Made by a program: the position numbers and the translations under genes. From the NCBI GenBank assembly GCA_022821105.1, contig JAJEEH010000266.1:1-36365 (forward strand): a stretch of DNA of 36,365 nt. Direction: 5' to 3'. Each line of letters opens with the position of its first letter. The first letter of the stretch is position 1. This document shows, piece after piece, positions 25,881 through 35,083 of the stretch. Under the pieces are notes generated by a model. That model was not told the origin of the DNA. It ran no database searches and was given only the letters and a program-made list of their open reading frames with translations. The DNA comes from Acidimicrobiia bacterium (GTDB lineage Bacteria; Actinomycetota; Acidimicrobiia; Acidimicrobiales; Bin134).

Positions 25881-28147
25881 CGGAACATCGCATCGGGCTC
25901 ACCCTGGCCGAATCGAAGTCGCCGCCGGTGCCGCGGCCCTACGATCCCGATGCCCCCAATGTGCTGGTGATCGTGTTGGACGATCTCGGCTTCGCCCAGC
26001 TGGGGTGCTATGGCTCCGATATCGACACCCCCAACCTCGACCGTTTGGCGGCTCGGGGTCTGCGGTTCACCAACTTCCACACCACTGCCATTTGCTCGCC
26101 CACCCGGGCCTGCCTGCTCACCGGGCGCAATCACCATCGGGTAGGCATGGGGTTGGTTCCCGACTTGCCCATCAACTTCCCCGGCTACACCGGCAGGATC
26201 CCCGACTCCGCCGGGACCCTGGCCCAGTATCTGGGCGCCGAGGGCTGGGCCACCTTCATGATGGGGAAGTGGCACCTGACTCCCCGCGACCAGCTAGCTG
26301 CCGGGCCGTATGACGCCTGGCCCACTGGGAAGGGTTTCGACCACTACTACGGGTTCATCAACGCGGAGACCAACCAGTGGACCCCCCAGCTCGTCCGCGA
26401 CCAGACCTACATCGAACCCCCGGCTACCCCCGAGGAGGGGTACCACCTCGATGCCGATCTGGCCGACCAGGCCATCGACTACCTGCGCAACCTGAGGCTG
26501 GCCGACCCCAATCGTCCGTTCATGATGTGGTATGCCACCGGCACCCCCCACGCTCCCCATCAGGCGCCCCCGGAGTGGATCGATCGCTACGCCGGGCAGT
26601 TCGACCGGGGCTGGGACGTATTGAGAGAAGAAGTGCTGGCCCGCCAGAAGGAGATGGGGGTCATCGCCGGTGACGTCGCTTTGTCGGAGCGGCCCGAGTG
26701 GGTCGAGCCCTGGGATGGCATCGACCCCGACCGGCGACGGCTGTATGCCCGCATGATGGAGGTGTACGCGGGGTTCGTGAGCCACGCCGATCACCACATC
26801 GGCCGATTGCTCGACTACTTGGAATCCACTGGCGAGGATGACAACACCGTTATCGCTTTCATCTCTGATAACGGCTCTTCGCCAGAGGGCGGTCCCAACG
26901 GCACCTGGAACCAGCCCCGCCACTACATCAGCGATGAAGCCGACGATCTGGACCTCGAGCTTTCCCATTTCGACGACTTGGGCGGGTTCCGCTCCGCAGG
27001 GCACTACCCCTGGGGCTGGGCGCTGGCCGGAAACACCCCCTTTAGGCGGTGGAAGCGGTACACCTTCGAGGGCGGCGTGCGCGACCCGTTGATTTTGTCC
27101 TGGCCGGCGGGAATCGCGGCGCGGGGTGAGCTGCGCCACCAGTACAGCCACGTGACCGACGTGATGCCCACTATTTTGGATCTGGCCGGGGTGCAGCCGC
27201 CGACCGAGTTCGGCGGGGTGGAGCAGATGTCGTTCGACGGGGTCAGCATGCGGCAAGTCCTGGAAGACGATGATCCCGACGCCGCCCGCACCAGCCAGTA
27301 CTACGAGTGCTGGGGCAGCCGGGCCATGTACCACCAGGGCTGGAAGGCGGTCACCAACCACGTCAGCCAGTTCACCGCGGCCGACCGGGACAACATCATC
27401 GGCAGCCATGATTTCGCCGACGACCAGTGGGCGCTGTTCGACACCGTGGCCGATCCCATCGAATCGAACAACCTGGCCGACACCCATCCCGAGAGGCTGG
27501 CCGAGATGATCGAGCTGTGGGACGCCGAGGCCGACCGCAACGGGGTGCTTCCCCTCGACGACACCCAGGTCAACCGCATCGCCCACATGTATGCACCCTG
27601 TATGTCGCTGCGGTCCCGCTATGAGCTGGTCCCCGGCGACAAAGTGCATGAGACCGTCGGGCCGTTGCAGTTCGGCGGCTACCGCGCCGTGGCCGCCTTC
27701 CCCGACGGCTTGCCTGACAGCGCTGAGGGCATCATCTGCGAGCAGGGCGACTGGATATCAGGTTGGGCGCTGTTCTTGGCCGATGGCGAACTCCGCTGGG
27801 TAGCGGTGATACACGGCCGGGAATACCGGGCTGCCGCCGCCATCCCGGCCGGGGCGCGTTTTCTGGGAGCAGAATTGTCCCCCATCAACGGTGGCTTGTT
27901 CACGGTGACGCTCACTGCCGACGATGCCGAGATCGGTCAGGGCGCCGAACCGCTTCCCCTGCCCACCTCCTGGGCCCCCGACAGCGCCTTCCTCACCGTC
28001 GGCTATGGCCGCCCCTTCCCGGTGTGCGACGACTACCAGCCGCCGTTTGAAGCACCCGAGGCCCTGGCCTCGTTGGTCATCGAGACCGGCCAGCCGCCCC
28101 CCTTCGACTTCGAGGCCGAGTTGGCCCACGCCATGCGCCACCAATAG
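25877..28147 (+). CDS. Arylsulfatase, copy 2
   Basis: Same motifs and same 756-aa length; ATGA overlap with copy 1. Confidence 0.95.
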   Translation: MTEHRIGLTLAESKSPPVPRPYDPDAPNVLVIVLDDLGFAQLGCYGSDIDTPNLDRLAARGLRFTNFHTTAICSPTRACLLTGRNHHRVGMGLVPDLPINFPGYTGRIPDSAGTLAQYLGAEGWATFMMGKWHLTPRDQLAAGPYDAWPTGKGFDHYYGFINAETNQWTPQLVRDQTYIEPPATPEEGYHLDADLADQAIDYLRNLRLADPNRPFMMWYATGTPHAPHQAPPEWIDRYAGQFDRGWDVLREEVLARQKEMGVIAGDVALSERPEWVEPWDGIDPDRRRLYARMMEVYAGFVSHADHHIGRLLDYLESTGEDDNTVIAFISDNGSSPEGGPNGTWNQPRHYISDEADDLDLELSHFDDLGGFRSAGHYPWGWALAGNTPFRRWKRYTFEGGVRDPLILSWPAGIAARGELRHQYSHVTDVMPTILDLAGVQPPTEFGGVEQMSFDGVSMRQVLEDDDPDAARTSQYYECWGSRAMYHQGWKAVTNHVSQFTAADRDNIIGSHDFADDQWALFDTVADPIESNNLADTHPERLAEMIELWDAEADRNGVLPLDDTQVNRIAHMYAPCMSLRSRYELVPGDKVHETVGPLQFGGYRAVAAFPDGLPDSAEGIICEQGDWISGWALFLADGELRWVAVIHGREYRAAAAIPAGARFLGAELSPINGGLFTVTLTADDAEIGQGAEPLPLPTSWAPDSAFLTVGYGRPFPVCDDYQPPFEAPEALASLVIETGQPPPFDFEAELAHAMRHQ

Positions 28148-28177
28148 CCGTGCTGCCATCGCCTATCTTCTGACCCC

Positions 28178-30448
28178 ATGACGGAACACCGCATCGGGTT
28201 GACCCTGGCCGAGTCGACATCGCCCCCGGTACCGCGGCCCTACGATCCCGGTGCTCCCAACGTGCTGGTGATCGTGTTGGACGACCTGGGCTTCGCCCAA
28301 TTGGGGTGCTATGGCTCCGACATCGACACCCCCAACCTGGATCGCTTGGCTGGCCGGGGGTTGCGGTTCACCAACTTCCACACCACCGCGGTGTGTTCGC
28401 CCACCCGGGCGTGCCTGCTCACCGGCCGCAATCACCACCGGGTGGGGGTGGGGATGCTCACCGACATGCCCATCAACTTCCCCGGCTACAACGGCCAGAT
28501 TCCTGACTCGGCCGGGACCCTGGCCCAATACCTGGGCGCCGAGGGATGGGCCACCTACGCGGTGGGCAAATGGCACCTCACCCCTCGCGACCAGCGGGCC
28601 GCCGGGCCGTATCACACCTGGCCCACCGGGGTCGGTTTCGATCACTACTACGGGTTCCTCAACGGAGAGACCAACCAGTGGACCCCCCAGCTCATCCGCG
28701 ACCAGAGCTACATCGAGCCCCCCGCCACCCCCGAGGAGGGGTACCACCTCGACGCCGATTTGGCCGACCAGGCCATCGACTATCTGCGGGGGTTGCGGTT
28801 GGCCGACCCCAATCGGCCGTTCATGATGTGGTACGCCACCGGCACCCCCCATGCCCCCCATCAGGCGCCCCCGGAATGGATCGACCGCTACGCCGGGAAG
28901 TTCGACCGGGGGTGGGACATGTGGCGAGAAGAAGTGTTGGCCCGTCAGAAGGAACTGGGGGTCATCGCCGGCGACGTCGCTTTGTCGGAGCGGCCCGAGT
29001 GGGTTGAGCCCTGGGATGAGGTGGATCCCGACCGCCAGCGGCTGTACGCCCGCATGATGGAGGTGTACGTCGGGTTCTTGAGCCACGCCGACCACCACAT
29101 CGGCCGGGTGCTCGACTACTTGGAATCCATCGGCCAGGCCGACAACACCGTTGTGGCGCTGATCTCCGACAACGGCACCTCGGCCGAAGGCGGACCCAAC
29201 GGCAGTTGGAACCAGATCCGCCACTACATCAGCGACGAGCCCGACGACCTGGAACTGGAGCTGTCCCACTACGACGACCTCGGCGGGTTCCGCTCCTCGG
29301 GGCACTACCCCTGGGGGTGGGCGCTGGCCGGCAACACCCCATTCCGGCGGTGGAAGCGGTACACCTTCGAGGGCGGAGTTCGCGACCCTCTGATCCTGTC
29401 GTGGCCGGCTGGCCTCCCGGCGCGGGGCGAGCTGCGCCATCAGTACTCCCACGTGACCGACGTGATGCCCACGATTTTGGATCTGGCCGGAGTACAGCCT
29501 CCGTCGGTGTTCGGCGGGGTGGAGCAGATGTCGTTCGACGGAGTCAGCATGCGCCCAATCGTCGATGCCGACGATCCCGACGCCGCCCGCACCAGTCAGT
29601 ACTACGAGTGCTGGGGCAGCCGGGCCATGTACCACCAGGGGTGGAAGGCGGTCACCAACCACGTCAACCAGCTCACTGCCGCCGAGCGTGATGCCATCAT
29701 CGGCAGCCATGTCTTCGCCGAGGACGAGTGGGAGCTGTTCGACACAGTGGCCGATCCCACCGAGTCGCACAACCTGGCCGATACCCATCCCGAGAAGCTG
29801 GCTGAGATGATTGCGCTGTGGGACGCCGAGGCCGAGCGCAATGGGGTTTTGCCCTTGGACGACACCTCGGTGAACCGCATTGCCCACATGCTGGCCCCCT
29901 GGATGTCGCTGCGGGACCGCTACAACCTGGTCCCCGGCGACAAGGTTCACGAGGCCTCCGGGCCATTGCAGTTCGGCGGCTACCGGGCGGTGGCCGCTTT
30001 CCCCGAGGGCCTTCCCGCCGGGGCGTCGGGAGTCATTTGCGAACAGGGCGACTGGATCTCGGGCTGGGCCCTGTTCTTGGCCGACGGCGAGATCCGCTGG
30101 GTGGCAGTGGTGAACGGTCGGGAATACCGGGCGGCCGCCGCCGTCCCGACGGGTGCCTGCTTTGTGGGTGCAGTGGTAGCGCCGACCGATGGTGGCCTGT
30201 TCACGGTCACGCTTATTGCTGACGATGTCGAGATTGGTCGGAGCGAAAATCCAGTGCCCCTGTCGATGAACTGGGCCCCCGACGGCGCGTTTTTGACCGT
30301 GGGATTCGGCCGTCCGTTCCCGGTGTGTGACGACTACAGCCCTCCCGCCCCCGCACCTGGTGGCATGGCTACCTTGACCATCGACACTGGTCAGCCCCCA
30401 CCCTTCGACTTCGACGCCGAGATGGCTCACGCCATGCGCCACCAATAG
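28178..30448 (+). CDS. Arylsulfatase, copy 3
   Basis: Same motifs and same 756-aa length. Confidence 0.95.
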   Translation: MTEHRIGLTLAESTSPPVPRPYDPGAPNVLVIVLDDLGFAQLGCYGSDIDTPNLDRLAGRGLRFTNFHTTAVCSPTRACLLTGRNHHRVGVGMLTDMPINFPGYNGQIPDSAGTLAQYLGAEGWATYAVGKWHLTPRDQRAAGPYHTWPTGVGFDHYYGFLNGETNQWTPQLIRDQSYIEPPATPEEGYHLDADLADQAIDYLRGLRLADPNRPFMMWYATGTPHAPHQAPPEWIDRYAGKFDRGWDMWREEVLARQKELGVIAGDVALSERPEWVEPWDEVDPDRQRLYARMMEVYVGFLSHADHHIGRVLDYLESIGQADNTVVALISDNGTSAEGGPNGSWNQIRHYISDEPDDLELELSHYDDLGGFRSSGHYPWGWALAGNTPFRRWKRYTFEGGVRDPLILSWPAGLPARGELRHQYSHVTDVMPTILDLAGVQPPSVFGGVEQMSFDGVSMRPIVDADDPDAARTSQYYECWGSRAMYHQGWKAVTNHVNQLTAAERDAIIGSHVFAEDEWELFDTVADPTESHNLADTHPEKLAEMIALWDAEAERNGVLPLDDTSVNRIAHMLAPWMSLRDRYNLVPGDKVHEASGPLQFGGYRAVAAFPEGLPAGASGVICEQGDWISGWALFLADGEIRWVAVVNGREYRAAAAVPTGACFVGAVVAPTDGGLFTVTLIADDVEIGRSENPVPLSMNWAPDGAFLTVGFGRPFPVCDDYSPPAPAPGGMATLTIDTGQPPPFDFDAEMAHAMRHQ

Positions 30449-30450
30449 CC

Positions 30451-31335
30451 ATGTACTCGTCCCGGCGCTTCGGCTACAGCGACGACCCGTGGTTCCGCAT
30501 CGGTGGGTACCCGGTGTCGACCACCGCCTTCGTGGTCGGCCTCGGCGTGATCTCCATGATCATTTGGGGAATAGAGGGCCGCTTCGGACCGATCTTTCGC
30601 GAGTTGGTGCTGGTTTCGGAGAACTTCTCGCTCGGAAGCGTGGTGGAGGGAGACGTTTGGCGACTAGTCACCTGGCCGATCCCCAATGAGCCCCATTTCT
30701 GGACGATCATCCTGTTCGCCATCTTCTACATGCTGGGCTCCCAGATTGAGTCCCTCCTGGGACGTTGGCGGTTTGCCTTCTTCCTCGTGGCCCTGACTCT
30801 CATCCCCGCGGTGATTGTGACCGCGGTGGAGGCGGTAACCGGGATCACCGGCTATGTGGCTGGCCTACGCATGGTGGAAGTCGGGGTGCTGGTGGCCTTT
30901 GCCGCCCAATACGCCCATGCCCGGTTTTGGCCCGGCATTCCCGGTTGGGTGATCGCGGTCGTCATCGTCGGGCTCGACGCTCTCCAGGCCCTCGGTGACC
31001 GCGACGAGTATTCGCTGATCGTTCTGGCCTGCACTGTGGCGGTGGCCCTGCTCGGCATTCGGGCCTTCGGCTACGCCACCAACCTGACGTGGATTCCCAA
31101 GCTGTCTTTGTCGTCAAGCTCCGGTCAGTCTTCGGCCCGCGACCGACCCTCGAGGTCTCGTCGGCGGTCCCGAAGGGGAGACCACCTGCGGGCGGTCCCT
31201 TTGCGTGACGAGAGCGTCAGCCCCGAGATCGACGCCCTCCTAGACCAGGTGTCCAGCCAAGGCCTTGACAGCCTCACCCGCAAACAGCGCAAACAACTAG
31301 AAGCCCACGCCCGTCGCCTCCGCCGTCGCCGATAG
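30451..31335 (+). CDS. Rhomboid-superfamily membrane protein with C-terminal DUF6576-like helical tail
   Basis: 'GDVWRLVTWP', 'FYMLGSQIESLLGRWRF', about 6 TMs, tail 'IDALLDQVSSQGLDSLTRKQRKQL'. Confidence 0.75.
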   Translation: MYSSRRFGYSDDPWFRIGGYPVSTTAFVVGLGVISMIIWGIEGRFGPIFRELVLVSENFSLGSVVEGDVWRLVTWPIPNEPHFWTIILFAIFYMLGSQIESLLGRWRFAFFLVALTLIPAVIVTAVEAVTGITGYVAGLRMVEVGVLVAFAAQYAHARFWPGIPGWVIAVVIVGLDALQALGDRDEYSLIVLACTVAVALLGIRAFGYATNLTWIPKLSLSSSSGQSSARDRPSRSRRRSRRGDHLRAVPLRDESVSPEIDALLDQVSSQGLDSLTRKQRKQLEAHARRLRRRR

Positions 31336-31427
31336 TCGACTCCCGCGTTCGCTGTGAGAACTGTTTGGCGGCACCATCTTTCCCAACCCACTACGGTAAA
31401 AGGACATCGGCCGGCGGGAGGAGTCCT

Positions 31428-32651
31428 ATGACACAGGTGGGCGATGCCATCATCGTCCTGGACAGCGTCTACAAGATCTTCGGCCCTCAACCCCGAGGAA
31501 GGGCCTTCGAGCTAGCCAGTTCCGGGATGGGCAAAGACGAAGTTCAGGCCGAGACTGGTCATGTGGTGGGCCTTCACGATGTCTCCTTCTCGGTGCCCAG
31601 GGGTGAGATTTTCGTGGTAATGGGCTTGTCCGGGTCGGGCAAGTCCACCGCAATCCGAACGGTCAACAAGCTCCACGACATCACCGCGGGCACCGTCACG
31701 GTCGAAGGCACCGACGTTCAGACCCTAGAAGGCTCGGAGCTCCAAGCATTTCGCAGGAGCCAGATGGGGATGGTCTTCCAGCACTTTGCGCTCTTTCCTC
31801 ACCGCAACGTCATCGACAACGTGAGCTATGGCCTCAAGGTTCAGGGCGTGGACAAGACCTCCCGCAACGAAGCGTCTATGCGTGCACTGTCGCTGGTGGG
31901 CCTCGACGCCTATTCGCAGAACATGCCGTCGGAACTCTCCGGCGGTATGCAGCAGCGGGTGGGGCTAGCCCGTGCGCTGGCGTCGGATCCCGAAATACTG
32001 CTGATGGACGAAGCCTTCAGTGCTCTCGACCCGCTGATCCGCCGCCAGATGCAAGACGAGTTGCTGGAAATCCAGAGCGAGCTTCAAAAGACCATCCTGT
32101 TCATCACCCACGACCTCAATGAGGCGCTGCGCATCGGCGACCGAGTGTGCATCATGAAGGACGGCGCGGTAGTGCAGATCGGCACACCCGAGGAGATCCT
32201 CACCGAGCCGGCCACCGGGTATGTGGCTGAGTTCGTGCAGGACGTCGACCAGGGCCGCGTGATCCAGGTGCATGAGGTGATGCAGCAGCCTGCACCTGTT
32301 ACCGCCAGCGCCACCATCGCCGATGCTCTCAGCGCTATGGGCGACCGCATCGGCGCGTTCGTACTAGATGCCGCAGGGGCGCCCACGCACCTGCTCACCG
32401 TTGAAGACGCGGCCCGGGCCGCGAGCATGGGCACCACCAATCTGGCTTCTGCACTGCGCACCGATTTCGATCGATGCGGGCCAGACGACCGGCTCAACGA
32501 GGTATACGCCGCCGCTGGCCGCGGCCTTTCCATCGCAGTGTGCGACGAATCAGGAGTTCTGGTCGGGAACCTCGACCCCCGTCACATCATGGAGGAGATG
32601 GGCCGCGTCGAAAACCTCATTGACGGGTTCGAGAGGGAGGTGTTCCTGTGA
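31428..32651 (+). CDS. proV: Glycine betaine/proline ABC transporter ATP-binding protein
   Basis: 'GLSGSGKS', 'LSGGMQQRVGLARAL', 'LMDEAFSALDPLIR', CBS-like tail; GGAGGAG before ATG 31428. Confidence 0.93.
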   Translation: MTQVGDAIIVLDSVYKIFGPQPRGRAFELASSGMGKDEVQAETGHVVGLHDVSFSVPRGEIFVVMGLSGSGKSTAIRTVNKLHDITAGTVTVEGTDVQTLEGSELQAFRRSQMGMVFQHFALFPHRNVIDNVSYGLKVQGVDKTSRNEASMRALSLVGLDAYSQNMPSELSGGMQQRVGLARALASDPEILLMDEAFSALDPLIRRQMQDELLEIQSELQKTILFITHDLNEALRIGDRVCIMKDGAVVQIGTPEEILTEPATGYVAEFVQDVDQGRVIQVHEVMQQPAPVTASATIADALSAMGDRIGAFVLDAAGAPTHLLTVEDAARAASMGTTNLASALRTDFDRCGPDDRLNEVYAAAGRGLSIAVCDESGVLVGNLDPRHIMEEMGRVENLIDGFEREVFL

Positions 32652-34981
32652 GCACGCTGGCCCAGTCCGAATCTCCCGGCATCGCCGACAACAAGGTTCT
32701 CGATCAGTGGGAGGTGCCCTTCGGGGAATGGGTCGGGCAGATAGTTAGATGGGTTGACCAGAATCTTGAGTGGTTGCTCGACATCGTGAGGTGGCCCTTC
32801 TCCTTCCTGTTCCGGAATTTTGTGGATGGCCCTGGCCACCAGCCCTGGTGGCAGATCACCGACATGCCGTGGATTGCCGTGTGCCTCATTTTTTTCGCAG
32901 TCGGGACTTTTTTCCGAAACGTAAAGGTCGGCGGATTCGTGGCCGGCCTCTTGGCCCTCTGCGGGCTTCTGGGCGGCGAATACTGGGAGGAAACCGCGCT
33001 AACCGTGGGCATGATCGTTGTTGCCGTCGTGCTGTGTGCGGTGATCGGCATCCCCGTTGGCATTCTCTGTGGTCGGTCTGATGGCGTGTGGAACGCAGTC
33101 CGGCCGGTGCTCGACGCAATGCAGGTGGTCCACCCGTTCGTCTACATGTTGCCGATCGTGTTCTTCTTCAGCATTGGCCTCACCCCAGCCACGATGGTGA
33201 CCATGGTGTTCGCACTGCCGCCGCTGATACGGCTGACCAACCTCGGTATCAGACAGGTGCCCGACGACGTTGTCGAAGCCAGCCGGGCCTACGGCGCCCC
33301 TGAGTGGCGGGTGCTCGCCGACGTTCAGCTGCCTTTGGCTCGCCCGGCGGTGATGACCGGGCTCAATCAGACGCTGCTGTTGTCGATCTCCATGCTGGGA
33401 ATCGCCGCGATCATGGGTGCGGGCGGGCTCGGGTTGCTCGTGTTCCGGGCCATCAGAAACCTTGACATCGAAGGCGGCGCGTCATCCGGACTTGCCCTGT
33501 ACGTGGTGGCTGTGGTTCTAGACCGCATTTCGCAATCCGAGGACAGCGATCCGGAGAATTTGTTCACCCGTGTTCGTCGAGCCTGGGCCCATCGCCAAGA
33601 TCCGGAGGCCCTTCTGCCTGAGGCCGCGGTGGTCGGCACTGTCGCCAAGACCCGCGGTCAGCCCGCCTCGTTGTCCCCTGCCGAGCGCCGTGGTCTGACG
33701 GTGGCAGCCGCTGGGGCGATAATTGTTGTAGTTGCCGTCTTCCTGCCATGGGGATACGACTCGGGCAAAATCTCCGGCCATCAGCGCCTCGTGGATACGG
33801 GCCGTTGGGAGTATGTAGAGGTTGATCCAGAAGGATCGCCCGGCGACTTCGAATTCCGATCGGCCAGCGACAATCCCCCAGCCGAGCACGCAGTCGCCGT
33901 CGAGCGACTGGAGAACCAGCGTATTGCCGTGCTGGCCGCTGCCGGATCGGCAGGGCTCGCTGATGACGAGGCCGCGGCCACGGCCGACGATCTCGGCAAT
34001 GAGATTGCCCGGCTTTCCAACCCGCTAGCTGGGCACAACTTCAATGGCTTCAGCGCTTCTGGAGGATCGTTTTACGGCGTAGCCGCATTTGGCTTTGCTT
34101 TGTTGATTCTTGCAGCGGTGTTCACCAACCTCAGGCGACCGGGTGGAGGAATGCGACTGTTCGGTTCGAACGGCATGTTTGTGCTGGCAGTCGGACCACT
34201 GGCCGCAGCCGTCGCCTACCTCTGGACCGCGCCGGGGCCAGACAACGTGTCGTACAGCGAGGGCATCGGCCCGTGGATCGCTGTTGCAGGAGGAGCGGTC
34301 GCAGTGATCGGCGCAGCGCTGTGGCTGAGGCAAGCCCCTTACTCGGCCCTGACGCCACTCCCGGCCGGTGTCTCTCGGGGCCAACTCGCAGCGGCTGCCT
34401 TAGTCCTGGCACTAACCGTAATCAGCGGTTTTTCGGGCTGGACCTTTGACAGCCGCAGCGGGGCGGGCATCATCCCCGACCCGGATATCGAGGCTCAGAT
34501 CGCAGCTCTGCGCCAGCAGGCTCGAGACGATCCGTCCATCTCGGCCGAAATTGCCCAGGAGATCAGTGCCATCTCCAACGCGGCCCGACGGGCTGGCACC
34601 ATTGTGCTCGACGGGTTTGTCGGCGACGGCAGCAGGTACGGCTATCTCGCCATAGGACTTGCTGTGGTGGGCCTCGGCCTTGCGCTTCCCGCGGCGGGTG
34701 TGTTTGGAAGTGACGAGCGGAGGCGCCGCCGATGGAGTGCGGTCGTCGCAGGCGTTGGGGTCGTGTTGATGGTGGTGGCCACGGCTTGGATTGCCTCGAT
34801 GCTCAGGGTTGCCGATCCCGAGGTCACCACCGGCGCGGGCGCGTTCATTTGCCTGGTCGCGGGGTTCCTCCTTATGGCGAGCACGGCCGGAGTGCTGACC
34901 AAGTTCGGTCGGTCGCAGGTATATGTCGCCGTCGACGAGCCCGAAGTGGCTCCAGAGGCATCGGTGGCCGCTCCGGAGTGA
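32648..34981 (+). CDS. proW: ProW-type permease with large C-terminal multi-TM extension
   Basis: 'RPVLDAMQ..FVYMLP..PPLIRLTNLGIRQV..EASRAYGA..VQLPLARP..GLNQT' in the first ~300 aa. Confidence 0.88.
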   Translation: MSTLAQSESPGIADNKVLDQWEVPFGEWVGQIVRWVDQNLEWLLDIVRWPFSFLFRNFVDGPGHQPWWQITDMPWIAVCLIFFAVGTFFRNVKVGGFVAGLLALCGLLGGEYWEETALTVGMIVVAVVLCAVIGIPVGILCGRSDGVWNAVRPVLDAMQVVHPFVYMLPIVFFFSIGLTPATMVTMVFALPPLIRLTNLGIRQVPDDVVEASRAYGAPEWRVLADVQLPLARPAVMTGLNQTLLLSISMLGIAAIMGAGGLGLLVFRAIRNLDIEGGASSGLALYVVAVVLDRISQSEDSDPENLFTRVRRAWAHRQDPEALLPEAAVVGTVAKTRGQPASLSPAERRGLTVAAAGAIIVVVAVFLPWGYDSGKISGHQRLVDTGRWEYVEVDPEGSPGDFEFRSASDNPPAEHAVAVERLENQRIAVLAAAGSAGLADDEAAATADDLGNEIARLSNPLAGHNFNGFSASGGSFYGVAAFGFALLILAAVFTNLRRPGGGMRLFGSNGMFVLAVGPLAAAVAYLWTAPGPDNVSYSEGIGPWIAVAGGAVAVIGAALWLRQAPYSALTPLPAGVSRGQLAAAALVLALTVISGFSGWTFDSRSGAGIIPDPDIEAQIAALRQQARDDPSISAEIAQEISAISNAARRAGTIVLDGFVGDGSRYGYLAIGLAVVGLGLALPAAGVFGSDERRRRRWSAVVAGVGVVLMVVATAWIASMLRVADPEVTTGAGAFICLVAGFLLMASTAGVLTKFGRSQVYVAVDEPEVAPEASVAAPE

Positions 34982-35083
34982 GCTGCTCCGTCTCTTGTGC
35001 CCTTGGAGCTATTGAACTAGCGTTCCAAATGCCAACTTCGGGGATTTTTCCGTAGGCGGGAGATAAAAAAAATGGAGGGAAAA

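Larger units (their letters stand above)
23587..30448 (+). repeat. Tandem triplication of a ~2.27-kb sulfatase unit
   Basis: Three colinear paralogues. The 26-nt upstream segment is 24/26 identical between 23587-23612 and 28155-28180. Confidence 0.95.

Noticed and set aside
28163-30445. 760-aa antisense ORF over sulfatase 3, and similar antisense ORFs over the P450s, the BVMO and the other sulfatases
   Set aside because: Codon-aligned mirror of high-GC3 genes with few antisense stops; no recognisable motifs; broken into pieces opposite the paralogous copies.
35065-35072. A8 homopolymer before the proX RBS as a phase-variation site
   Set aside because: Short, non-coding, and consistent with an ordinary A-rich translation enhancer.
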